Notes: generated by a model from the sequence alone, not told the origin. Numbered from the stretch's first letter, positions 19,035 through 28,241 are shown. The stretch is 64,000 nt of DNA from Nitrospirota bacterium (GCA_016234115.1 JACRHD010000021.1:26185-90184), one strand, 5' to 3'. A program made the numbers and translations.

Positions 19035-19808
19035 TTAAGTCTGTTCACTTGCCAGCGGCAGCACCCTTGCCAGCCAGAGCAGCCACCCTTCCGACAGGTG
19101 GTCTTTCAGCAGGGCGACCATTACATCGTTTGCCTTCGTATTGATTTCTCTCAGCTCTCCGCTCATGGGCGAATTCAGGTCGCTCACCGGACTGCTGCTT
19201 GCATAAAGCCTTGCGAAAGGCTTTCCGGCTTCCAGACTGTCTATATCCTGCATGAATTCCACATACACGAGATTGCCCGCCAGCATCCAGTACCTGAGGT
19301 CGCAGCCGATCTCCCACAGACCGTCTTTGACCGGCCTGGCCCAGGTGCCTTCTTTATAGAAGATGACCGGGTTTTCCGCGTCCCTGAGGGGGGTCACGGA
19401 GTCCCTGAACTCGTCGATGAAGGCCTGCCTCAGTATCCACCCCCGCGTGTCGAAAACCTTGTTGGCGACATTGATCATGAAGTCCGGAGTAAAGGGCTTT
19501 TCGATATATTCAAACGCGCCGAGGCGTGAAGATTCCCTCGCGTCTTCGAGGGTCGGATAGCCGGTGATGATGACAACGTCCGTCTTGGGCTTGAGGACCC
19601 GCGCCTCCTTCAGCACGGTCATGCCGTTTATATCAGGCAGTCTTACATCCGAGATGAAGAGGTCGAAGTCTTCCCTGGCCAGCTTGTTGAGGGCGTCCTC
19701 TCCTCTTTCCGCGGTCGATATGCTGTATCCTTCGGCGCCAAGAATCCTCTTGCAGCTTAACGTCACGACAGGGTCATCGTCGAGTACTAAAATTCTCCCT
19801 TTTTCCAC
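19035..19808 (-). CDS. Response-regulator receiver fused to glycine-cleavage-H-like domain
   Basis: REC: VLDDD, SDVRLP, ITG, KPF. The C-terminus follows the GcvH pattern (W.R...G...IG, VYVE, G.PF, SP.SG...E.N, EGWL). Confidence 0.8.
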   Translation of the reverse strand: MEKGRILVLDDDPVVTLSCKRILGAEGYSISTAERGEDALNKLAREDFDLFISDVRLPDINGMTVLKEARVLKPKTDVVIITGYPTLEDARESSRLGAFEYIEKPFTPDFMINVANKVFDTRGWILRQAFIDEFRDSVTPLRDAENPVIFYKEGTWARPVKDGLWEIGCDLRYWMLAGNLVYVEFMQDIDSLEAGKPFARLYASSSPVSDLNSPMSGELREINTKANDVMVALLKDHLSEGWLLWLARVLPLASEQT

Positions 19809-19959
19809 TGAGCCACCTTTTCTGAGTGATCATGCGCCCCCCGTCGCCCCAAGGCATCGCAACGGGAAGCGGGAGATTTTGATTAAATAATTTGTTTTCA
19901 AAATCCCCCCGTCTCCCCCTGTTTCAAAGGGGGAAAATATGTGCCGGTGAACTTTTGGG

Positions 19960-20511
19960 CTATTGTAGCATATTGTTTGCAATAATTAGCCATGCACTTA
20001 TATCATCTTTAATAATTTTTATTACTTCGGGGGTGTTCAGGGGAACGCCGTCCAGTTCTTTACGAATGTCGGCGATATTTAAAGTATAAACATCGTCATC
20101 CTTCCGGTGCTCGAAGATAAAGTCGATCTCCGGGTTGGAGGCAATCAGGACTATAAGCGTATTGCAAATGTCCCCGAGCGGTTTCCTGTCCACGTGATCG
20201 CACTGAAAACAGGCGCTGATAGTCGTGCCCTTCCCTTTTTCAGTCTTGATGGTCAAATCCCCGCAGCATTCTCTCGCTGCCTGGGCCAACAGGGGAATCC
20301 CCAACCCGACCTTCCGCACTGTCTTTGTGGTAAAAAAAGGGTCTGTAATTTGTTGGACCGTCTTGCTGTCCATCCCCTTGCCGTTGTCGCTTATTTCAAG
20401 GAGAAGGAGGTTCTTCCCGGTGTCTTCAACGATCTTAATCCTGATTTCCGTAGCGCCCGCGGCTATGGAGTTTTCCGCGATGTCGAGGATGTGTAATGAA
20501 AGGTCCTGCAT
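19960..20511 (-). CDS. Stand-alone HATPase_c protein of the type found in bifurcating hydrogenase operons
   Basis: MQDLSLHILDI.ENS, DNGKGM, DPFFTTK..RKVGLG, HVDR.PLGD; no HisKA domain. Confidence 0.85.
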   Translation of the reverse strand: MQDLSLHILDIAENSIAAGATEIRIKIVEDTGKNLLLLEISDNGKGMDSKTVQQITDPFFTTKTVRKVGLGIPLLAQAARECCGDLTIKTEKGKGTTISACFQCDHVDRKPLGDICNTLIVLIASNPEIDFIFEHRKDDDVYTLNIADIRKELDGVPLNTPEVIKIIKDDISAWLIIANNMLQ

Positions 20512-20814
20512 ACTTTTAAAGCATTATAACAAAAAATGAAGGAGGGGTGTGAATAACCCGGGCAGCATACCTGCGAAGCCCCTAATCGCTAAATTCCCCC
20601 TTTGAAAAAGGGGGATGAAGGGGGATTTTGAAATAAAGGCATCTATCAGAACACCCTCTGTCCGGTTATAATGGCCACTAACGTTTTAATAGGACATCAA
20701 CATCTTCATCAAGGTAGATCGAGATCAACGGACTGAAGGATGGATGATTTTATCAGATCAGAAAATTAGTTCTATCATTTCGCCTTTTTTTGTTTCTTAC
20801 CTGAGATCCGTGAG

Positions 20815-20849
20815 TTGACATAGTGTAGCTTATAAGCTACACTATGTCA
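20815..20849 (+). promoter_or_regulatory. TA promoter with 34-bp perfect palindromic operator
   Basis: TTGACA (20815-20820)-N17-TACACT (20838-20843). TGACATAGTGTAGCTTATAAGCTACACTATGTCA (20816-20849) is self-complementary. Confidence 0.85.
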
Positions 20850-21191
20850 TGCGGGCATTTCCACTTGAACTTGAATATTATGTCAGCGCAACCGGCAAGA
20901 TACCTTTTAAGGAATGGCTCGAAGGGCTTCGGGATATTTTCTGCCAGAGCTAAGATACGCGTCAGACTCGATCGCGTGAGGCTTGGCAATGTCGGTGATA
21001 ACCGCGCCGTCGGCGAAGGCGTCAGTGAACTGAAGATCGACTATGGTCCAGGGTATAGAGTTTATTTTGCCCGGGAAAGTGCCCGTATCATCCTTCTTCT
21101 CCTCGGGGGAGACAAGTCGGGGCAGAAGAAAGATATTCAAACACCAAAAGAATACTGGAATGATCACAAAACGAGGAGAAAACATGCCTAA
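20849..21191 (+). pseudogene. RelE/ParE-family addiction-module toxin, frameshifted
   Basis: ATG 20849 gives MRAFPLELEYYVSATGKIPFKEWLEGLRDI then a stop at 20951. Removing one T from 20937-20940 joins it to SARAKIRVRLDRVRLGN.GD...ELKIDYGPGYRVYF...GGDK. Confidence 0.75.
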
Positions 21192-21495
21192 GACATCTTC
21201 TTATCAAAAAGACCTGATCGAGTCGCTTAAAGACCCGTGTGAGGCCGCGGCTTATCTTAACGCTGCCATTGAGGAGGGAGACCGCTCTGTTTTCCTGCTG
21301 GCTTTGCGCAATGTGGCAGAGGCGCACGGCGGGATGGCCGCCCTCGCGGAAAAGGCAAACCTTAGCCGCGAAAGCCTCTACAGGATGCTCTCAAAAAAAG
21401 GCAATCCGGAGATCAAGAGCCTTTACACGCTCCTTCATGCCATGGGGTTGCGGCTTGCCATAGAGGCCGAGCCGAATACCTGCGAAGCCGCCTGA
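21184..21495 (+). CDS. Addiction-module antidote (HTH antitoxin)
   Basis: AAAYLNAA.E.GD...LALRNVA.A.GGMA.LA....LSRESLYR.LS..GNP; overlaps the toxin stop; GGAG RBS. Confidence 0.9.
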   Translation: MPKTSSYQKDLIESLKDPCEAAAYLNAAIEEGDRSVFLLALRNVAEAHGGMAALAEKANLSRESLYRMLSKKGNPEIKSLYTLLHAMGLRLAIEAEPNTCEAA

Positions 21496-21505
21496 CCCTT
21501 TCCGG

Positions 21506-22723
21506 CTACGCCCCGAACTTCTTGAGCCTCAAGGCGTGGGCCAGCGCCAGGGGCATGATGTTCAATGCGGGAAGGATGCCGAGTTCGCCTTTGACGCATT
21601 CACGCTCTGAAAAGGCACTGCAGATATTGCCTAACACATAAGGCGACTTAAGGAGGACGGGAACCGGGTGCCAGCTATGCCCCTTCATCAATGCGGGAGT
21701 CGAATGGTCGCCGGTTATGATCAGGACATCGGGATTTAGTTCAAGCACCTGCGGAAGCAGTTTATCGAATTCCGAAATCCTCGCGGCCTTGCCCTCGAAA
21801 TTACCGTCCTCGCCGTATGAATCGACCTTCTTTACATGCATAAAGAAAAAATCATAATCATTGTATTTCTGTTTCAGGAAACTGATTTCATCTTCAACGG
21901 TCCCTTCCAGCGTCGGCGTTTCCATGCCCACGAGCTTTGCAAGCCCGCGGTACATCGGATATGTCGCAATGGCCAACGCCTTGAGCCCGAAGGCCTCGCG
22001 AAACGACGGGATGTGAGGCATGTTTGAAAAGCCCCGGGTCAGGATGAAATTGGCCTTCTCCTCATTTCGCAGGACTTCATGCGCCTTCTTTATCAGCTTC
22101 TCCGCTATCGCTGAAACCCTTTCCGCGTTTTTTGACAACGCCGAGGGCGGCAGAGGCGCCTTTCCTTCTTTTTGCGGGTCCGTATCGGACAGCATTGCCG
22201 CGTCCGGCTTTAGGTCTCCGGGAAATCTCATGAGAACGGCAAACCTGTGCTCCATGCCCGGCGCAAAAATGAGTTCGACGTCATCTATCTTTTTTATCTC
22301 CTGCTGCAGCCTTTCAGTGAGTTTCCTGCTCTGCTCGGTAGGAACCCTCCCGGCGCGCCTGTCCGCGATGACGCCGTCTTTGATAGTCGCGTAATTGCAC
22401 CTGACCGCTACATCCGTCTTTCTCACTTCGAGACCGAGACCGAGGGCTTCGAGTATCCCTCTGCCGATCTGACACTCAAGCGGGTCGTATCCGAATATGC
22501 CGAGATGCCCGGGCCCGCTTCCCGGTGTGATTCCATACGCAACAGGCACGTGCAGTCCACACGCGGACTTCCTTGCAAGCGCATCGAGGTTCGGAGTGTC
22601 GGCCGCCTCAAGCTCCGTCTTTCCGGAGGCGTCGGGAAGGCCCCCTATTCCATCCAAAACGACCATAACGATCTTCGCAGCATTGTTCTGTAAAAGCGGC
22701 TTTATCAATTCCTGCATATTCAT
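21506..22723 (-). CDS. apgM: 2,3-BPG-independent phosphoglycerate mutase, ApgM type
   Basis: VLDG.G, T.LE.A.TPNLD, PGS..GH, DRRAGR, H.K..D..G.DG, TGDHSTP, HSWHPVP. Confidence 0.9.
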   Translation of the reverse strand: MNMQELIKPLLQNNAAKIVMVVLDGIGGLPDASGKTELEAADTPNLDALARKSACGLHVPVAYGITPGSGPGHLGIFGYDPLECQIGRGILEALGLGLEVRKTDVAVRCNYATIKDGVIADRRAGRVPTEQSRKLTERLQQEIKKIDDVELIFAPGMEHRFAVLMRFPGDLKPDAAMLSDTDPQKEGKAPLPPSALSKNAERVSAIAEKLIKKAHEVLRNEEKANFILTRGFSNMPHIPSFREAFGLKALAIATYPMYRGLAKLVGMETPTLEGTVEDEISFLKQKYNDYDFFFMHVKKVDSYGEDGNFEGKAARISEFDKLLPQVLELNPDVLIITGDHSTPALMKGHSWHPVPVLLKSPYVLGNICSAFSERECVKGELGILPALNIMPLALAHALRLKKFGA

Positions 22724-22780
22724 GATTTCATTTCCTCCCGGTAGCTATTATTAAGGTTCTCATACTATCATTCCTTCATA

Positions 22781-22859
22781 CGTCATTCCCGCATGCCTTT
22801 AGCGGGAATCCAGTAGTTCTTAGTCTCTGGATGCCCGATAAAAACCTCGGGCATGACGG
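22781..22859. repeat. REP-like double hairpin, GTCATTCCCG family
   Basis: Near-identical to 7284-7360. Confidence 0.85.
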
Positions 22860-22955
22860 AAAAGGCCTTGCATCCTATGAGATCCAAAGCTAATTACCGT
22901 CAGCCCGTGTCGTAAATTATAACAGATCGGGATGCCGCCTCGCCCCTGCAGCCTG

Positions 22956-23798
22956 TCAAACCTCCGGCAGCATTATGTTGATCTGCGCGCCGGGGAAAAA
23001 AGGAAGATTCGACTCTTTCTCCTTCCCCCAGGCCCATTCAGGGATGATCGACAGCTTGGCCTTCCCCGAGCGGATCGATATTTTCCCGTTCCACTCCTTT
23101 ACCAGCCTCCTGACGGCGGCGAGCCCGTGTCCCCTGCCCGCGTCTTCATATCTTGACATGCCGCAGAGGAGCGCCTTCTCAATCGCCTCGAGGTCGTTAC
23201 CCACCTGAATTCTCCTGGCGAGGGACTCCCTGAAGCCTATCCCCAAATCCATCACCGCGATCTTGACGACGTTCCTGTCTATTTTATGAAAGTGATATTT
23301 CTGGATGCCTACAAATCCCGTGTTCTCGCTGTGCTCGATGATGTTCTGGCACACCTCGGAAAGCGCGACAATGAAGGAGTTGACAGCGCGCTCGTCATAG
23401 TGAAGATGTTTGGCGAGGATCGCATGAGCGCGCTTTTTTACCCTGCCGACAATAAAATGGATATCATCCGATTTCTCAATCGGCGTAATTTCCAGAAGGA
23501 CGTCCGAGCCGGGGCTCCGCAAATACCTGACCGGTATGTCCGGTCTTTGCGGCCTGACGTCAAAATACCCGCCAGCGTACCTGAAGAAATCCATCCTCTC
23601 AAGATATTTGAGCGCGTCCGCCGACCGTGGAAGCAGGAGGGTCTTTCTCTTTTGTTGAAGCGCGAGAAGTCGTCCGGTCTCCAACAGGCCGACTATCCCG
23701 TAGGGGTCGATGAACGTTACGTCGCGCAGGTCGATTGCTTCAGAGCCGGACGTCCCGGAGAGGAACAATTCAAAGGTGTCGTCGGAAAGGTGTGTCAT
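22956..23798 (-). CDS. STAS-like + HATPase (anti-sigma kinase-like) protein
   Basis: IDL..VTFIDP.G (STAS-like), SEVCQNIIEHS, D.GIG, GRGHGL, PGAQI. Confidence 0.75.
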   Translation of the reverse strand: MTHLSDDTFELFLSGTSGSEAIDLRDVTFIDPYGIVGLLETGRLLALQQKRKTLLLPRSADALKYLERMDFFRYAGGYFDVRPQRPDIPVRYLRSPGSDVLLEITPIEKSDDIHFIVGRVKKRAHAILAKHLHYDERAVNSFIVALSEVCQNIIEHSENTGFVGIQKYHFHKIDRNVVKIAVMDLGIGFRESLARRIQVGNDLEAIEKALLCGMSRYEDAGRGHGLAAVRRLVKEWNGKISIRSGKAKLSIIPEWAWGKEKESNLPFFPGAQINIMLPEV

Positions 23799-23833
23799 GC
23801 GAATTCTTTGCCCTATGCGCTTTGCTCTCTGCC

Positions 23834-24505
23834 CTACGCAATTATCATCCCGTCCCTCATTCTTATAATCCTCCCGCATCCGGCTGCGAGGGTTTCATTA
23901 TGGGTCACGATGATAAACGTTGTGCCTTTTTTGTTCAGGTCTTTCAGGAGCTGAAACAACTCTTCCCCGGTCTGAGTATCGAGATTGCCCGTAGGTTCGT
24001 CCGCCAGCACGACCTTGGGGTCGAGCATAAGAGCCCTCGCAACGGCGACCCTCTGCTGCTCGCCGCCTGAAAGCTCGCCCGGCTTGTGAGTCAATCTGCC
24101 GGAAAGCCCGACACCGGAAAGTATCTGTGAGGCCCTCTTTACGGCTTCGTCGCGATTGGTCCCCGAGATGAGCGCCGGCATCATCGCATTTTCAAGGGTG
24201 TTGAACTCCGGCAGGAGGTGGTGAAACTGAAAGACATAACCTACAGACCTGCTCCTGAAGAGGCACAGGGCGTCTTCCTTCAGCGCAAAGACGTCTTGCC
24301 CTTCATAAAAGACATTGCCTGAAGAAGGCTTATCGAGCGTTCCAAGTATATGAAGCAGTGTGCTCTTGCCGACCCCTGACGGCCCCATAAGGGCGACCAT
24401 TTCTCCTCGGGGCACATCAAAGGTAATGTCCTTCAGCACACGCAGCGCGCCGCCCGGCGTGGTAAACGTCTTGTTCAGGTCCTTAACGCTTATTAACGGT
24501 TCCAT
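23834..24505 (-). CDS. lolD: Lipoprotein-releasing ABC ATPase
   Basis: GPSGVGKSTLL..LGTLD.P, FQFHHLL.EF, LSGGEQQR, ADEPTGNLD. Confidence 0.92.
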   Translation of the reverse strand: MEPLISVKDLNKTFTTPGGALRVLKDITFDVPRGEMVALMGPSGVGKSTLLHILGTLDKPSSGNVFYEGQDVFALKEDALCLFRSRSVGYVFQFHHLLPEFNTLENAMMPALISGTNRDEAVKRASQILSGVGLSGRLTHKPGELSGGEQQRVAVARALMLDPKVVLADEPTGNLDTQTGEELFQLLKDLNKKGTTFIIVTHNETLAAGCGRIIRMRDGMIIA

Positions 24506-24547
24506 ACTAAAATTTGAGATTTGAAATTTGAGATTTGATATTTTTTA

Positions 24548-25777
24548 TTATTCATACCTCAACGGCTCCACCGGATCGACTTTTGCCGCCTGCCACGACG
24601 GATAAATCGTAGCGATAAAACTTATGAAAATCGCCGCCGCGGGGACGATGATGAAATCAAATGGGCTTATCCTCACCGGCAGATAACTCAGGTAATACAC
24701 ATCCGCGGGGAGATTGATGAATTTGTACGTCTTCAGCAGCTCGCAGAGCGTGTAACCTCCCAGGACACCCGCGGCCGTGCCGCTTGTCCCTATAATGAGC
24801 CCGTGAATAATGAATATCGACATTACCCCTCTCCTGGTCGCGCCCATGGCCTTCAGGATCGCTATCTCCCTCGATTTTTCAATAACGATCATGATGAGGT
24901 TGCTTACGATATTGAAAGAAGCCACAAGGATGATGAGCGTCAGAATGATGAACATCACGATCTTCTCAAGTTTCAGCGCCGAAAACAGGTTCCTGTTCAA
25001 CTGCATCCAGTCCCGCGCGACATAAGGAAGTGAAAGCGTCTTTTCAATCTTCGCCGATATTTCCGCGGAACGGTAAGGATCGCCGACCTTTACTTCGACG
25101 GCGGTGACCGCGTCCCCCAGCCCGAAAAAATTCTGGGCCGCGCCCAGGTTTATAAACGCCAGGCTTGAATCATATTCATACATGCCGGCCTCGAAAAGGC
25201 CCGTGACTTTAAATTTCTTCATCTTGGGGATCATGCCTAACGGACCGGGCTCCCCTACAGGCGATATCACGTCGATCTCATCCCCCATGAAGGCCCCGAG
25301 ATTTCTCAGCAGCTCCCTGCCGACAATAATGCCGGGAATGTCTTCGCGGGCCTTCAGGCTGCCGACGCTGCCCATCTTCAGTCTGTTGAGGATGTCCGTC
25401 GTGTCCTGCTCGATGTCGGGATCGATCCCCCTGACAACGACGCCCGAGGCCCTGCTGCCGTACCTCAGCATGACCTGGCCGTACACGACCGGCGAAGAGC
25501 CCGTGACCCCGTCCGTACTATTGATTTTTTCCCGTACCTCCTGATAGTCCTTGATCTTTCCCTCGTAGGTCTGCACGATAATGTGGGCGTTGGCCCCGAG
25601 TATCTTCCCCTGCAGGTCCTCATGGAAACCGCTCATGACGGAGAGCACCGTCAAGAGGGTCGTCACGCCGAGGGCGACCCCGGCGATTGATATGAATGTG
25701 TTTATTGAAATACCGCCGTGCTTTTTTTTGGATTTGAAATAGCGAAGGGCGATGAAAAACTGGTAAGGGAATTTCAT
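24548..25777 (-). CDS. lolE: Lipoprotein-releasing ABC permease LolC/E
   Basis: SVMSGF, DW...N..LF.AL.LEK, EK..EIAILKAMGA, P.E.LRYE; adjacent to lolD. Confidence 0.9.
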   Translation of the reverse strand: MKFPYQFFIALRYFKSKKKHGGISINTFISIAGVALGVTTLLTVLSVMSGFHEDLQGKILGANAHIIVQTYEGKIKDYQEVREKINSTDGVTGSSPVVYGQVMLRYGSRASGVVVRGIDPDIEQDTTDILNRLKMGSVGSLKAREDIPGIIVGRELLRNLGAFMGDEIDVISPVGEPGPLGMIPKMKKFKVTGLFEAGMYEYDSSLAFINLGAAQNFFGLGDAVTAVEVKVGDPYRSAEISAKIEKTLSLPYVARDWMQLNRNLFSALKLEKIVMFIILTLIILVASFNIVSNLIMIVIEKSREIAILKAMGATRRGVMSIFIIHGLIIGTSGTAAGVLGGYTLCELLKTYKFINLPADVYYLSYLPVRISPFDFIIVPAAAIFISFIATIYPSWQAAKVDPVEPLRYE

Positions 25778-25785
25778 AAGAAAAG

Positions 25786-25902
25786 ATTAAAAGTCAAACA
25801 TCAAAAATCAAAATGACAGATTAAAATGTAAAGATGTCGGCTTGCCGCTATTTTTGAGTTTTGATTTGTCATTTTGCATTTTGATTTTTCATTTTTGAGT
25901 TT
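25786..25902. repeat. AT-rich palindromic heptamer element (TCAAAAA/TTTTGA family)
   Basis: atcaaaaatcaaaatgaca...tgtcattttgcattttgatttttcatttttga. A related half-element is at 24510-24540. Confidence 0.75.
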
Positions 25903-25903
25903 T

Positions 25904-27394
25904 TTATTGTTCCGGTTTTAACTGAGGAAATAGTATCACGTCCCTTATCGAAGAAGTATTCGTCAGGAGCATGAACAGCCTGTCTATGCCGATACCCTCT
26001 CCCGCGGCCGGAGGCATGCCGTATTCGAGCGCCCTCAGGAAGTCCTCATCCATGAACGCAGCTTCCTCGTCGCCCTGCTTCCTTGCTTCCACCTGCTCGA
26101 GGAACCTTCCCCTCTGGTCGGCAGGATCGTTCAGCTCTGAAAAGGCATTTGCGACTTCCCTGCCGCCTATGAAAAGCTCGAACCTCTCAACCAGTTCAGG
26201 TTTGTCCTTCCGCCTCCTGGCAAGGGGCGAAAGCTCCACGGGATAATCAGTGATAAAAGTTGGCTGGACAAGCTTGGGCTCGACCTTCTTCTTGAATATC
26301 TCATCCAATATCTTGCCGTGGGTCGTTTTTCTGTCGACATCTATCTTATTGTCGAGGGCATACTGCCGCGCCTTTTCCACGTCCTGAAAAACAGAGGGGT
26401 CCACGCCTTCCTGCGACATTACATCGAGCATTGTGACCCGCCGCCACGGTGGAGTAAAGTCAATCACGGTCTGGTCGCTCTCGGACTCGCCAAAAGGGAC
26501 TTTCAGCCCGCCGTTTATCTCCTTGCAGAGATAGGGGACAAGCTCCTCAGTGAATGTCATCAGGTAATTGTAATCCTCGTAGGATATATAGAACTCGAGC
26601 ATGGTAAATTCGGGATTGTGTTTTGCTGAAATGCCCTCATTTCTGAAATTTTTATTTATCTCGTAGACCCGCTCATAACCGCCCACAAGGAGTTTTTTAA
26701 GATACAGCTCAGGGGCTATCCTGAGGTAAAGGTCCAGGCCCAGGGCGTTGTGGTGCGTCTTGAAGGGGCGCGCGGCAGCTCCTCCGGGGATCTGGTGCAT
26801 CATCGGGGTCTCGACTTCTATAAATCCCCTCTCATCGAAATAGTTCCTGATGGCCATTATCAGCCTGCTCCGCTTTGTGAAAAGCTCCCTGACATGGGGG
26901 TTGACGATAAGGTCTACATACCGCTGTCTGCACCGTGTCTCTATGTCCTTGAGCCCGTGCCATTTCTCGGGCAGGGGCCTGAGCGACTTGCATAAAAATT
27001 CAATGCCGCCGACCTGGACCGTCAGCTCGTTTGTCTTTGTCCTGAACAGGCGGCCGGTTACGGCTACTATGTCTCCAATGTCGAGGTTTTTGAAAATGTC
27101 CGGATTCGAGGAGATGACGTCCTTGGAGAAATAGACCTGTATCCTGCCGGATGAGTCCTGGATGTGCGCGAAGGCGGTCTTCCCGAAATCCCTGAATGAA
27201 ATAAGGCGTCCCGCAAGCGCAACCCGGTCCTCCCGCCCCTCAAGGTCTTCCTTGCTGAGTCCGCCGAATTTGTCCGCTATGCCGGCAGCCTTGTCCTTTA
27301 CGGCAAAAGGCGCCCCGTACGGCTCGACGCCGGATTCACGGAGCCGGGCAAGTTTCTTCAGTCTTTCCTGCATTAATTCGTTAGTGTCTTCCAA
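25904..27394 (-). CDS. lysS: Lysyl-tRNA synthetase class II
   Basis: LPEKWHGL, RQRYVDL, GGAAARPF.TH, FRNEG, YGMPP..G.GIGIDRL. Confidence 0.97.
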   Translation of the reverse strand: MEDTNELMQERLKKLARLRESGVEPYGAPFAVKDKAAGIADKFGGLSKEDLEGREDRVALAGRLISFRDFGKTAFAHIQDSSGRIQVYFSKDVISSNPDIFKNLDIGDIVAVTGRLFRTKTNELTVQVGGIEFLCKSLRPLPEKWHGLKDIETRCRQRYVDLIVNPHVRELFTKRSRLIMAIRNYFDERGFIEVETPMMHQIPGGAAARPFKTHHNALGLDLYLRIAPELYLKKLLVGGYERVYEINKNFRNEGISAKHNPEFTMLEFYISYEDYNYLMTFTEELVPYLCKEINGGLKVPFGESESDQTVIDFTPPWRRVTMLDVMSQEGVDPSVFQDVEKARQYALDNKIDVDRKTTHGKILDEIFKKKVEPKLVQPTFITDYPVELSPLARRRKDKPELVERFELFIGGREVANAFSELNDPADQRGRFLEQVEARKQGDEEAAFMDEDFLRALEYGMPPAAGEGIGIDRLFMLLTNTSSIRDVILFPQLKPEQ

Positions 27395-27420
27395 TGTTCA
27401 CCTTTCTTAAGTATTAAAAG

Positions 27421-27516
27421 CATGGTCCGACAGGCCCACCATGACAAGCTTGTCACCCTTTGCCTGTCGAAAGGTAGCCTGCCCAAGGGCTGGATTCCCG
27501 CCTTCGCGGGAATGAC
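27421..27516. repeat. Composite REP-like hairpins
   Basis: tccgacaggcccaccatgac/gtcaccctttgcctgtcgaa followed by ggattcccgccttcgcgggaatgac. Confidence 0.7.
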
Positions 27517-27522
27517 GACATT

Positions 27523-27792
27523 TTACTCTTCAAGGAAATTGGACAGTATCTTCGTCTTCTCCTCAATCATCCCGTCGAGGCGCTGCAGCTCCATCCTGAG
27601 CTTGAAAAGCTCGTCGGTTATGCCGAAGGCGGCCATGACCATCGCCCTCGACTGATTGATGCTGGGCGCGACGCTGTAAATCTCTTTCAATTTTTCGTCA
27701 ATATACTTTGCCAGCGATCTTATGTAGGCCTCTTCATCATCCGTCTTGATGGAATAGCTCTGGCCTAATATCTGGACCTCTACGGAACGCAT
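27523..27792 (-). CDS. zapA: Cell division protein ZapA
   Basis: V.V.ILGQ.Y.I, YI..LA.YID.K, VMAA..I.DEL, C-terminal coiled coil. Confidence 0.88.
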   Translation of the reverse strand: MRSVEVQILGQSYSIKTDDEEAYIRSLAKYIDEKLKEIYSVAPSINQSRAMVMAAFGITDELFKLRMELQRLDGMIEEKTKILSNFLEE

Positions 27793-27796
27793 GGGG

Positions 27797-28066
27797 TCAG
27801 AGCTCCACCGACTCGAGTTCTTTGATCAGGCTCTCCAACTGGGACTTTACTGTCTCGCGCTCGTTGTTAAGCTTCTCCACGTCGGTCTTCAACGCCTCGG
27901 CGCTCTTCAGATCGCGCTTAAGCGCGGCTATCTCTTCATCCCTGTCGGCAAGTTCATCCTTTAACTTGGTCATTTTAGAGGCCAAATCCGCATTTTCCTC
28001 GGACAGGGCTTTAATCCTCTCGATTACCTTTGTGATTTTCTCTTCAAGCATCTGTACTTTTTCCAC
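27797..28066 (-). CDS. zapB: ZapB-like coiled-coil protein
   Basis: GTG start after AAGGAGG; LEEKI..VIE coiled coil; upstream of zapA. Confidence 0.7.
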   Translation of the reverse strand: MEKVQMLEEKITKVIERIKALSEENADLASKMTKLKDELADRDEEIAALKRDLKSAEALKTDVEKLNNERETVKSQLESLIKELESVEL

Positions 28067-28173
28067 AGATGTTCCCTCCTTCGAAAAATTAAACAGTCCT
28101 TCTTGCATTAGCAAGTAAATTATCAAAACCAGGCCAAAAAGTAAACCCTTAAAGAGGGTATGGGGGAAAGAAT

Positions 28174-28236
28174 GTAGTCAGTAGTTAAGGGGGGAAGTTC
28201 TTAAAGCAATCCCTTAACTACTAACTACTAACTACT
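28174..28236. repeat. Palindromic heptamer element, TAGTAGT family
   Basis: gtagttaaggg...cccttaactactaactactaactac. Confidence 0.85.
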
Positions 28237-28241
28237 TGCGG

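Noticed and set aside
20844-21191. ORF-track 115-aa toxin as an intact gene
   Set aside because: The family-like N-terminus is in another frame (ATG 20849).
27395-27522. 6S RNA, often found after zapA
   Set aside because: The gap is only 128 nt and is filled by REP-like hairpins.
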